DNA of 64,000 nucleotides. Origin: Squalus acanthias (taxonomy: Eukaryota). The notes below the pieces were generated by a model, which had not been told where the DNA came from, did not search any database, and worked only from the letters and a program-made list of their open reading frames with translations. The position numbers were made by a program, and so were the translations under genes. This document shows, piece after piece, positions 14,038 to 25,609 of this stretch; position 1 is the stretch's first letter; every line of letters begins with the position of its first letter. The stretch covers positions 118,298,001 through 118,362,000 of the forward strand of contig CM059432.1 in the NCBI GenBank assembly GCA_030390025.1, read 5' to 3'.

Positions 14038-14298
14038 GCCTCTATTTAATAGACTAAGAACTAACCCAGCAGAAATAAACTTAAAACTTAAAAAAAAACA
14101 CTCCCCCCCCCCCCCAGTTACTCACCAATCAGCTTTCCCTCTATTTAATAGGCTATCAACTAACTTAGCAGAAATAAACTTATAAACTTAAAAAAAATAC
14201 ACTCACCAGCTACTCACCAATCAACTCCTTCCCTTGTGCCGATGTCACTTTTTTTACTCTGACGTCACTTTTTCAAAAACGACTCTGTTGAGTTGCTG

Positions 14299-14694
14299 CC
14301 GCTCCTTCCGGTCTCAGGCTCCTGCCGCTCGGGACTGCTCCTTTTAACTGCTCCGCTCTTGCTGTGCTCCCTCCAGGTCCGCTCCTTCCGGTCTCAGGCT
14401 CCTGCCGCTCGGGACTGCTCCTTTTAACTGCTCCGCTCTTGCTGTGCTCCCTCCAGGTCCGCTCCTTCCGGTCTCAGACTCCTGCCGCTCGGGACTGCTC
14501 CTTTTATCTGCTCCGCTCTCGCTGTGCTCCCTCCAGGTCCGCTCCTTCCGGCCTCAGACTCCTGCCGCTCGGGACTGCTCCTTTTATCTGCTCCGCTCTC
14601 GCTGTGCTCCCTCCAGGTCCGCTCCTTCCGGCCTCAGACTCCTGCCGCTCGGGACTGCTCCTTTTAACTGCTCCGCTCTTGCTGTGCTCCCTCC
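14299..14694. repeat. 80-bp tandem repeat, about 5 copies, in the CR1 5'UTR
   Basis: Unit CCGCTCCTTCCGGTCTCAGGCTCCTGCCGCTCGGGACTG... starts at 14299, 14379, 14459, 14539 and 14619. Confidence 0.95.
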
Positions 14695-14699
14695 TTCTG

Positions 14700-15415
14700 G
14701 TCTCTGCTGCATTGTATGAATCAGAAAGCAGAAGTGAGGAGATTCAAATGGAGGAGGTAGTGGAGGAGCAGGAGTCCTCCCTCAGAGGGTTTGGAACATT
14801 GCAGAGCCCGCATACAAAAGAAATGAGATTTCTGAGCATCAACATTTCAAGTGATCCTTAGCGAGTGTGCGCTGCACCTTGCAAAGTCTGGCTAAGCCTC
14901 TGGAGGAGTCCATTACTTATATCAATGTAGTGATGTACAACTGCCTAACCAAACTACAGACCTCCATGGCCATCTGCAGTGGAGACCCCAGCGACTGAGG
15001 TCAAGGCCCAGCCATAATTTCTTTCATGACTGATCTGACTCAGGCTACAGAGATCTTGGAGACCAAGATACAGGAGTCTCTCTTGTCAGCATTCAGTATG
15101 CTGAGGGGTTGGATTGAGAAAGTCCTTCAATAAATTCAAATGCTGAAGTAATGCCCAGAATCAAGGGTAATGCAGTACTTGGCAAGGATGCTGCAGCTGC
15201 CTCTCAGTTCAAAGTCACATCAGTCCCACCCAGGCAGGACCAGGCAACCACCACAGCATTGAAAAGAGTACAGTGCATTTTCTTACTGCTGGCTGCTTCC
15301 CACAGGAAAATGATGGAACAGCCCTGGCAAACAAGTCCTCTGTCATCTGCTTTATGCATTGGTGCACTACTGATTCACTAATTTGGCATATATTGCTTGA
15401 GGTGGCCTTCAATTA
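14700..15415 (-). mobile_element. Decayed Harbinger transposase remnant
   Basis: ORF 15215-15412 (NICQISESVVHQCIKQMTEDLF) resembles DITNISQFAVHCCIRQVINALF of the intact transposase at 46217-47446. Confidence 0.5.
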
Positions 15416-15417
15416 CT

Positions 15418-15715
15418 GGGAACGGTAGCATAGTGGTTATGTTACTGGACTAGTAATCCAGAGGCCTGGATAAATAATCCGGGAGACGTGAGTGTAAATC
15501 CCACCATGGCAGCCGGGGGATTTAAATTCAGTTAATTAAATAAATCTGGAATAAAAAGCTTGTAGTAAAAATCATTAATGGTGACCATGAAACTTTCGGA
15601 TTGTTATAAAAACCCATCTGGTTCACGAATGTCCTTTAGGGAAGGAAATCTGCTGTCCTTACCTGGTCTGGCTGAAATGTGACTCCAGACCCACAGCAAT
15701 GTGGTTGACTCAGCT
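15418..15715 (+). mobile_element. tRNA-derived SINE-like sequence
   Basis: Pol III A-box-like TAGCATAGTGG and B-box-like GTGTAAATCC at the 5' end, followed by a SINE-like body. Confidence 0.6.
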
Positions 15716-15947
15716 GTAACAAACCGCTACAAGAAACAATAATAAGGATAAAACCAGACGGACCACCCGGCATTGACCTTGGCACCAGACATGGACACGA
15801 CAATGGCACACCCAACCCAGTCAACCCTGCAAAGTCCTCCTCACCAACATCTGGGGACAGTGGGAGAGCTGTCCCACAGACGAGTCAAGCAACAGCCTGA
15901 CATAGTCATACTAACAGAATCATACTTTTCTGCCAATGTCCCAGACT

Positions 15948-17601
15948 TGTAAGGGTTTTGACAGTCTCTCAGCCTGTGAGATTCGTGTGGCTCTGTGCAG
16001 CCTGGATGCTAGTGCGAGGTTAGGCCTTGTTGCCTGTTCTGGTCTCCAGCCAGTCTGGGAGCACTAGACACCTGTGAGTGGTTCGAATCACTCGCCCTTA
16101 CGGTTCTAGACACTGGACTTAGATGCGAGAGCAATAATGGAGATGAAACTCAGGTAGACTCGGTTGAATGGTACGAAATGGAAAATCTTTATTGCATAAT
16201 ACTTAAGATTACGAAATACATGTCATAAGCACAGATTAATGACAGTACAATCTTACACGCAGTTATGTAACTGATTTCAGGGAAACGAGGAACGAACGAC
16301 ACACCGTAAATGGGGGCACACATTACAATTATCCTTAATACTTGAAACCCTCCCCTATCAATATCTGTCCTAAGCTAGATTCGTAGGATTCGAGACTCAT
16401 GCTCACCACTCGTGATAACTCGGAGAATTCCGAAAACTCTGATCGGATGTTTTTCACCGCAGTACCCACGTGTTGATCAGGGGGTCTCCTGGCCCCACTT
16501 GTTTACTCGTTCTGCTCCGGCTAGCAGGCTGGAACGTCTGCTGTCATGAAGATCTGTGTTGTCCTCGGAGTTCCGACTATACTCAAAAAAGAGTCTTCCT
16601 GTGCCCTCACACCGGTTCGATAAAACTCGAAGAAGAGTCTTCCTGTGTCAGTTCTGTAGAACTCAAAGAAGTCTTCCTGGCAAGGAAAATGTCTATTCGA
16701 CCTACAGGCGCGGTCGGGGCTTACTGACCGTGGCGATAAGTATGGTCTTCGTCTCTTCCCATCTCATCTCATCTCATCTCTTCTCGGGCCTTTGGTTCCG
16801 ATACCGGTTACCAACACAGGTCTTCGCGACCTGACACGAGGTAGATCCGAGCGGATCACAAAGTTCAACAGTCTTTTAAAAGAGACACGAGGCAAGCAGG
16901 AACAAGACGGCGAGTCAAAAACACAGGATCAGCCACGAGGATGAACACCAGCAAGATACGAAGATAAGAGAGAGATGGACGGTTGGAGCTTGTAATTATA
17001 GTACAAAATCTTCCGTTTCCCGCCCAACCTTAATGTCTTTTCCTTTTGTTAGGGTTTGGCACTCAAATGTCTTGTATAGGTGATCTCCGTTTTTAATGGG
17101 TTTCGGGGCTACTCGTAAATGTCTGAGTACCTGTTAATATTTCTCCCATTGTTTAATCGGTCGGTGTTCTCCCTGGAGGGGTTTTGGGGCCTCCAAGTGT
17201 TTTCTGTAACTACCCGCTAACGGCTCTCTCATCGTAGAGTCGTTGGGATTTTACATATTAATGTCTTTGGATGGGTTCTTGATTACTGGGTACAATAGCT
17301 TTCATTCGTACCTGGGAGACCGATTTCAGTATCTATGTGTATACTACAAACCCAAGATGTCTCGTGTATTATCTTCAATGTGCTGAATCTTAATCGATCT
17401 TGCACAAATGTTTATTGGAACGCCATCTTGTCTGCCTGCTGAAAAGTCTAGAATGTTCTGTCACGAGGTGCGGCGGCCATTTTACAAGCTGCTTGTGTCC
17501 ACTTTGAAACCTGACAGCATTCTGCTGAAATAAAAGCTGTTTGAACGAAACTATGTGTTTTCTCCTTATTAATAAAATCACGATATATTGCGAATTCTAC
17601 A
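15948..17601 (-). repeat. 3' LTR (1654 bp)
   Basis: Near-identical to 27423-29076; preceded on the minus strand by the PPT. Confidence 0.97.
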
Positions 17602-17613
17602 GTCCCTCCTGTT
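17602..17613 (-). promoter_or_regulatory. Polypurine tract
   Basis: AACAGGAGGGAC immediately 5' of the 3' LTR TGTAG on the minus strand. Confidence 0.75.
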
Positions 17614-18040
17614 GATGCGAATAACTCCGCTTATCGTATCAAAAATATTGTGGTGAGCAATATTATCTCGATTTTCTCCGAATCCAGAAAATTTAATCCC
17701 ATAACTTAAACTATCTAGGGTCTTTGCGTCGTCCTTATTGCCCCAAAAAATTACACTTTATAGCACCGTAGGCATCATTTGCCTTTAAACTTACACCACT
17801 TGTTTTCCTTCCAGGCGTAACCAGGCCGACGCCTCTCGTATCACCTATATATTCACATTTTTTATTCAGGGAAAGGAAAAACAAAACCCAAAACCAAACC
17901 ATCATTTTTAACTACAACACCATCACCAAAATAATCAACACCAACTCTTAAAACATGTCGAGTTCCAAACGTATTTACAGTTTCCGAAAAATCACAGTCG
18001 AGTGGCGCACGTGGCAAGCGGGAGTGACGCCATTTTCCGA

Positions 18041-20549
18041 TTACACGGTACTTTCATCGTGCACGCGCACGTAACGTTCTCGCCACTCTCCCGTGTTTTC
18101 ATGCTTGGTGAGGCGTTTGTCTCTTTTACAATGTACGACCAATAGGTACACTACAATAAAAACTTGGCATACGACTAAAATGTGGGAGGCTATCCTGATC
18201 CATGAAGGTACTTCAATGTTGGTGAACAGATTCCACCACGGTGGAATTACTATGTCCAGAATGTCTGTCCCTATCTCGACAGTTTTCTGCTCTAATGTGT
18301 AAAAATGTTTCTGTGACACCGCGACGGCTTTCAAAAGCTTGGTGAGGTGTTCAGGGAGAGGGGGAATGAGGTATCCGAAATGCGCGACGAATCACTGCAA
18401 GTCGGTGAAATTCTCTTTTACCGTTAGATGAACAGTGGATGGTTCAGGGATTGGGACAATTCGCTATTGTGCTACTTGAACTTCCGCCCTGGGTTTGAAA
18501 CAGAAACTGCTGTCACTCACCGGACACCGGCTACGGTTTCCATGCTGGTAGTGTTGCGCTGCAGTGGTAACACAATATGTTCCACCCCCGATGTATGCTA
18601 CCTGCGGAGGCACATGATCTTGTGCCATTGCCTCCATGGTGCAATTCATGGACTTGGCGCCAGCCGTTCTGAACCCGCACTGTGGTGTTAAAAAGGCATT
18701 CAAGTGCTGGGGACACAGTATTATGTGTGCTCCCCTGCCACGACAACCAGAGAGATCTGTACCTGTCATCGTTTGCTCCCAGCGGATGACGTAGGGTGGA
18801 ACCGCTGCATAGCAAATGTGGGCTCCCCCCTGAATGACACCAATGTTCTCTACCCGATACACCGGGGCGGGCTTTGCTGTGTCGCCCAAAACCGGCATAC
18901 GTAGTACTATACCCATGATAGTATGGTTTGATCGTCCACAGTCCACGGGGACTGGGTAAGCTTCTGAAGCTAGCCTGAGCTGGCACGGACTTAATGCGTT
19001 CTGAAAAGGGTGGAGCGCCCGCAGGTGTTTGTTACTTATCCAGGACGGGACCAAACCTTGTTTTAAATCCTCCAAATTACTGCGGCCCTCGCCCAGTAAC
19101 CACGCCCCGTAAAGCACGCACACCTCGTTCTGCGCAGCTTGATCGGATGCATTCCGATCTTCCCTAATCAGGGCATTTACCGTCTTTGCATGTTTCTCTA
19201 ACTCTGCTATAATTTCCTTTAAATGGAGAGTCATGGCTGGGTCCTCGTGTAGACCCGACCCTACCACTTTATTCTCATCTGTTAGAATGTCTTTTAATTG
19301 CGTCTTTAGACCATTAATCTGGGTCTGCAGCTCCACACTGTCTAGAGCGTTGACCACAGATGTACCCGTGTTAAAAGCAGTGAACGCGTCGTTCACTACA
19401 CCCCTTCTTTGCCTCCCTACTTGATCCAAAACTTCATGTGGTGCGGTGTACAAACTTGTTTTATCAATTTCCGCGAAATCGAATTCGTAAAATTGTCTGA
19501 ACATCTTGGTCAACAGGACCTGATACAACTGTTCCGTCTTTTTGGGGCACCACTCTGGTAACCGCACCTCGGTGAGATTTAAAATCACCGAGGCCACCGC
19601 GTAATGTACCCCTGAAATAGTATCTGGTCTGTGGGGACCAGTACCAAACCATTCCCGGGTCCCTTACTAGTTTTAGGGCACCCTTCCTCTTCAGCTAGAA
19701 CCACCGGAATCGTGGGCGGGGCTTTGCGTGGGCGCGTAATGAGTTCAGTGGTATTTACCGGGATCGAAGAGTATGGGGCTCCGCACCCCCTGGTGCTCGC
19801 ATCCCACCTCATCCCCTGTCCGTTATCCTGCCATTGATTAATGAAAAATATGGAGATGCCTTTGGGGCACGCGTACTTTGACCCCCACATACATACATAA
19901 ATTCCCTCATCCGGTTCCCACCATTTGTCCCAACAGACTCTCACTTGTCCGTTTGTCCCCGTAATTGTCCGATGGGTATTATTACCCAGCCGTTCCCACT
20001 CGACCGAAGAGTTCCTCATGTTTTTGCTCAGCTTTCGCTCCACCACCATCGGCTCAATGGGACATTCCCACTACAAGTCAAACAAATCCGTTTGCCGACG
20101 GTGACGCTGATCCTGGGTGCGATGATCCTTACTTTGGGGCACATTAAAGAAGTCTCTTGGTAGGCAAACCCCGATGTGCTGGAATACTCCGTTGAGTTCG
20201 TTCCCAGCCATCCTGGCCACCTTCCCTTGTGGAAATAGGTGGTGGTCTCCTCAGCCTCCCGTCTTCCGGTCCCATCCACCGCGATGGGGGCCGTGTCCCC
20301 GGAGCATCCAAACACCACGACATCCTTGGTGCGGCCTCGATAGGCCAATCCACATCCGATTGCCGCGAGCAATACTAGAATTCGTTCCATCCTTCCTTGG
20401 TTCCTGTGATCAGATAGAATGAGGTAGCCAGCCTCGCAAGAGTCTCTGGCTTCTGTGAAGGGTGAGCGGGTCCCCTGACCTCGCCTCACGTAAACTTCAA
20501 TGTTCGCTGAATAAACTTTAACTAAACCTATCTCTAAAGCTCCCATCAT
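18041..20549 (-). pseudogene. env: env: Ig-like domain + F-type class I fusion glycoprotein; 2 frameshifts (about 20040 and 19610) and 2 in-frame stops (18464-18466, 18392-18394)
   Basis: Signal peptide MERILVLLAAIGCGLA; Ig-like C..W..DEGIYVC; furin site RQRR (19403-19414) followed by a fusion-peptide-like segment and heptad repeat; Cys-rich region; TM segment WIRIASHILVVCQVFIVVYLLVV and a short tail. Confidence 0.85.
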
Positions 20550-20560
20550 TTTACCGTTTT

Positions 20561-20580
20561 CTGTTAAAATTAAACTACAA
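20561..20580 (-). promoter_or_regulatory. Probable env splice acceptor
   Basis: TTTGTAGTTTAATTTTAACAG|AAAACGGTAAAATG, with the ATG 11 nt downstream and a T-rich tract upstream. Confidence 0.65.
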
Positions 20581-20692
20581 ACTTAACCTTATTTAAAAAC
20601 TATAAACTTATTCTTAACCTTAAACTATAAACTTATAAACCTATCCTAAACTTATTACTGTACAGCGCCGCCCGTTCTCAGGGCGGCCCCCT

Positions 20693-23600
20693 TTAAATTC
20701 TGAGAAGGCTGCTGCGAGCTCTTCCCGATGGTGGGAGGGCACTGACCCCTTCCTTTGATCTGCCGCAGCCTGTTGCTGCACTGACCCCTTCCTCTGATCT
20801 GCCGCAGCCTGTTGCTGCTGCGATGGGACCGGGTTCTATCTGGGCTGCCTTAACCTTGAGTCTGCGCCTTGGGACAGTCTGGGGCCATACCCACATCTTC
20901 CTGGGCTGGGGTTCTCTACTTGACCTACGAGGAGTTGTCGGGGGCAGGAATCCCAGGGCCGACGGACCGGGTTCCGAGACTTCCACCGGGACGACCTGTG
21001 GTTCCACCACAGTCGCTGGCTCCGCCTCCACTGACTCCGCCTCCCTGACCTCGGGACTTGCAGCTTGTGGCCCCGCCCTGCTCGGCCCAGCAGGCGGCCC
21101 TTCACTCGCGATCCCTGCCTCCCCCGAGGGCGGGACGTTCAAGGCGGGCGGCTCGGGCTCTGAGGTTCCCACCGTCACGCCCTGTGTTCCCACAGCGGCT
21201 GGCTCCGCCTCCCCTAGCTCCTCCCTCCTGTGTTCGGGACCTGCAGCCTCGGTGTCCACCCTGTGCGGATCTCCATCTGCAGCCCGTGTTCTCCCTATAC
21301 CTGAATTGGGGGCGACCCTTGCGTTCCCCAAATCCCACTCGTCTTCATCACATAGAAACATAGAAACATAGAATCTAGGAGCAGGAGTAGGCCATTCGGC
21401 CCGTCGAGCCTGCTCCACCATTCAATACGATCATGGCTGATCATTCAAATCCAGTACCCTGTCCCTGCTTTAATCCCCACAGTACACATATCCCACCCTA
21501 GCCCCGTAACCCCACGTATTTAATTCCCCCTTACATATCCCATCCTATCCCCATAACCCCACATATTTAATCCCCCCCCCCTAACACTAAGGGTCAATTT
21601 ATCATAGCCAAATCAACCTAACCCGCACATTTTTGGACTGTGGGAGGAAACCGGAGCACCCGGAGGAAACCCACGCAGACACGGGGAGAATGTGCAAACT
21701 CCACACAGACAGTCACCCGAGGTCAGATTCGAACCCGGGTCTCTGGCGCTGTGAGGCACCAGTGCTAACCACTATGCCACTATCCTCATCTGACTCCCAA
21801 CCCCACAAAAATGCTTCACGATTTTCCAGGATGTCTCCTCCCCTGATGCAAGCTGCTTTGCCTGCCTGTGTGCCTTGTGGTCCTACCTGGGGCTGCGCGT
21901 CCCCACTCGCGGGGTTTACCCCTGTGGTTTTCCCTTGCGCACCTGGCTTGTACAGTTTGCACTGGTTTACATGGAACCACTTAGTGCGCCGAGGTACCTT
22001 TACGGCGTATACCATGGGACTCGCCTTGTCTACAATGTTGTAGGGTCCCATATACAGTGGTTCCAGACTCCCTACTCTGGCGTAGTTTCTGACCATGACC
22101 TGGTCTCCTACTTCCCACTCCCGCGTTTTGCGGGGTTCCAGCAACAGGCGATTGCCCTGATGCTGCCTTCCCATGTTCCCAGCCGCCTGCTCATAAACCT
22201 GCTTCAGGCGCTCCAAGAGGGTCTGGGCGAACTTGTCCCTGCTTATCTCTTGGAGCTGACCCTCGGTGAGCACCGGCGCTAGCACATGGGTGGGGGTTCG
22301 CATGAGCCTCCCAGTCATCACCTCGTGCGGGGAGTACCCCGTACTTTTTGACTGACTGGCCCGGACCCCCATGAGGACTAAAGGCAGAACTTCCACCCAT
22401 TTTTGGGGCGAGTTCCTAGTCTCTTTCCTCAATTTCTCCTTCAGGGTCCGGTTCATGCGTTCAACAATCCCGGATGACTGGGGATTGTGTGCTACGTGCC
22501 ACTTCCCTTCAATGCCCAAAAGCATGAGGGTGTTCTGCATCACCTGGCCGGTGAAATTACTCCCTTGGTCTGACTCCACAAAACGGGGGAGTCCCCACCG
22601 CGAGAACACCAAGATTTTTGCAGTACCCAGTGCCGTAGCTGTTCGACAGGGGAAGGCTTCCACCCACTTGGAAAACACATCCACCAAGACGAGGCAGTAT
22701 TTATAGCCTCCCTGGGTGGTGGGCAGGGGCCCTATATAGTCGATCTGTATCGACTGCCATGGTCCCTCTACCCTTCTTACGTGTCCCATGGGCACTTTCC
22801 TTTTCTGGGGGTCTGGGTTGTTTGCAGCGCACACAAGACAGTTTGCACAGAACTTGCGGACCTGTTCCCTGAGCCCTGGCCACCATCCCGCTTGCTCTAC
22901 CCGTTGCCAGGTAACCTCGGGCCCGGGGTGCCCTGCCCCTGGTCCCTCGTGAGCCAACTGGAGGAATTCCCTCCTGTGCTGCTGCGGCACAACCCACTGC
23001 TCCTCGCGGAACAGCATGCCTTCCTTAACTGAGAGGGTTGCCGTACTGTACGGACCCTCTACCTGCTTCCCCTCAGCAATGGTTTTTAGGACTGCTTTTA
23101 GGGCGGGATCCTGGGTTTGGACGGTCTTAAGGTCCAGGGGCAATGCTACCCTGGGGTTCCCGGGATTCCCGTCCCTGCCTTGGATCGCTGCCATGGGTCT
23201 GGTCCCATAGGGGTCCCAGAAAATGCCGTTGCGGGCACCTTCCCTGGCTAGCGCATCTGCCTGCTGGTTGCCCTCCCCACGGGGCTCCGTGGAGGAGTGA
23301 GCCTTCACCTTATGGATGAAAATCTCCCCTTCCTCCCCTACTGCTGCAAGGATCTTTTCCAGCAAGGGCTTCACCGTTAAAGGTCGCCCGTCCACCGAGG
23401 TGTATCCACGGCGGGACCAAATGGCCAGGTATTCCATACATGAATTGCATGTGAACATACTGTCCGAGCAAATCGTGTATGGGGTTGGGAAAAGGTCTGG
23501 GTGGGTAACAACGTACACCACAGCAGACAGCTCAGCCTGCTGCGCGCTCATGGTGCTAGGGAGCTTGATCGCCAGGGCAAGGTTTGCCGCAGAGTCATAA

Positions 23601-25609
23601 ACTCCACACCCTGTGAGTCGTTCGCCAGCAGATACTGTGCTGGAACCATCAACATAAATCTCGCGCCCAGTGGGATGTATCCCGGCCCGCAAACCTATGT
23701 TGACGTCCCACACCCCTTCCACCGAACATCGGTGGGCTGTACCGGGGTATACCAAATTGGCCGCAAGCCTGGGCTCGCAAAGACCTTTAACTCTAAGATC
23801 CATCTGGGAAAGAAGAAGGGTCCAGCGCGCAATACGCACGCCGCTTACGGTCCCATCTTTAATCCTCCCATCTAGAAGCATCTTAGTTGGTGTGTGATGG
23901 GTGAGGAGAGTGATGGGAGAGAGCACTGTGAAGATCGCTGATCTTTTCACAGCCCAATGCGTGGCTAAAAGGTGCCTTTCGCAATTGGAGAAACTTCTCT
24001 CCACATCCATTAACACTCTGGACGAATAGACAACCGGCCTCAGCTTGCCGTGATGCTCTTGGAGCAGCACAGCGCTCAAGCTGTCCCCGCTGGCAGCTAC
24101 CTCCAGGAAAAACTCCTTCCCCCCATCTATGGCCCCTAAAGCTGGCGCGGTCTGCAGATCCCTTTTTAACTTCTCGAAGGCTGCTTGGCAGCCCTCGTCC
24201 CAAGACCACTCCACTCCCTTATGGAGGAGTCGGAGGAGCGGCGCCGCTGTGGCCGCATAGTCTTCGATAAAATCCCTGCAGTAACCGGTCAGTCCCAAGA
24301 AGGACCTCACACCTCTTATGGTGTTGGGAATCGGTAACTCTTGCACCGACTCCCTCCTAGCTTTATCTATGGCTCTTTCCCCAGCGCGAATGGTCAGTCC
24401 CAGGAATTTTACTTCCTGCTGACCGATACGTGCTTTCTTCGGATTTATTTTAAAATCCTTTCTCGCTAGCAGCTCCAATAACTCGTCCAGCAGTGGTCCA
24501 TGCTCCTCCCTTGAATCCGTAAATAGGAGCAAATCATCCACGTACTGCACTATCTGATTGGGCTGACTAAACTCCTTTAAACTTCCTGCCATACACTGAT
24601 GGAAAATACTGGGGCTATTGTGGAAACCCTGTGGCAGACAGTTCCATGTGTACTGTTGTCCTTTGAAAGTAAAGGCAAACTTGTACTGGTCCTCTCGCCG
24701 CAGCGGGATGGACCAAAAACCGTTCGAGATATCCAGCACCGTGAACGTGGTCGCGGACGCTGGGATACTCCCTATTAGGTCAGCAACTGCTGCTACCGTG
24801 GGCGCGCAGGCGGGAATGTTACTGTTAAGGACTCTATAGTCCACCGTGGCCCTCCACGAATTATCCGGCTTCCTAACCGGCCATAATGGGGAGTTCACGT
24901 GTGTGGCTATCGGCCTCAACACGCCCTGCTGCACCAAGGAGGACATTGCTGTCTCCATATCGGATTCTGCTTCTTTGGGGAAGTTATACTGTTTTTGGGG
25001 CCGGGTCATGGGGTCCCCATCTACGCTGACCTCAAACCCGGTAACCCTCCCACAATCGTGCTTGTGGGTTGCAAACGCGTGCATATTATCTGACACGTAC
25101 GTTTGCATGTCCGTTGGGACATCTGCGACCATAAGCCCGAGGTCGTAGCCTCCGGATGGCTGCATGGTACACAGGACCCCTGTTTCTTCCTCCCCCGGAA
25201 TTACCACTACCTCGCCTTTTTCACTCTTAGCCCCCCAAAGACAGTGATTTCTGAGGTCCACGAGGATCCCGTGTCCTGATAGAAGATCGGACCCGAGGAT
25301 ACCTCTTCCACCCCCCTCCTGCCATTCCATCAGTATGCACTTCCACTTGACGTGAAGTGCCCCCAAATGAATGGACAGCGGAAAAGAGAACGCGCCAGCC
25401 TGTTCTTTTCCCGTGAACCCCGCTAATGTGAATGGAACCTTGGTAGATAGCGGTGAGTCAAAAGGGCTATCTGTATGAATCACGGTGCAAGAAGCTCCCG
25501 TGTCCAACAAATAACTACCCTTCTGTTTCTCTACCTCCATCTCCACCAAGGGTCGCTTCCACGCATCATAGCTGAGCGGACACAGGTAGACGGGCTGCGC
25601 GGGCTCTAG
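20693..25609 (-). CDS. pol: pol (PR-RT-tether RH-RNase H-IN + low-complexity C-terminal extension), interrupted near its 3' end by a SINE
   Basis: LLDTGA (PR); LPQG and YVDD (RT); degenerate FFLEVAAS RH; YVDGS..AEL..SDS..KAH..NQQAD (RH); H-H-CC, IDYIG, SDQG, ERMN, GPY (IN). Open from 25609 to the SINE at about 21780 and resumes at about 21350. Confidence 0.93.
21351..21780 (-). mobile_element. HE1-like V-SINE inserted in the pol 3' region
   Basis: tRNA-like head (GTGGCATAGTGG..GGTTCGAATC), V-domain-type core (GTGTGGAGTTTGCACATTCTCCCCGTGTCTGCGTGGGTTTCC), CR1-like 3' end and (TTTCTATG)n tail. Confidence 0.85.

Larger units (their letters stand above)
10094..14700 (-). mobile_element. Near full-length CR1 LINE (5'UTR tandem repeat, ORF1, ORF2, 3' tail)
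   Basis: ORF1 zinc finger plus SGNH esterase, ORF2 APE plus RT, and a 3' microsatellite tail; several frameshifts/stops. Confidence 0.92.

Noticed and set aside
14299..14694. CRISPR-like array
   Set aside because: Head-to-tail repeats without unique spacers, no cas genes, eukaryotic LINE context.
16470..16834. Short + strand ORFs in the LTR (duplicated at 27945-28309) as antisense accessory genes
   Set aside because: Non-ATG starts and no motifs; their duplication simply reflects LTR identity.
20693..21421. 242-aa ORF as an independent accessory gene
   Set aside because: Its start lies in the SINE tail; the remainder is in frame with pol once the SINE is removed.
21715..21780. tRNA gene (also 15418-15510 and 41420-41497)
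   Set aside because: tRNA-like heads run directly into SINE bodies; no complete cloverleaf was evident.
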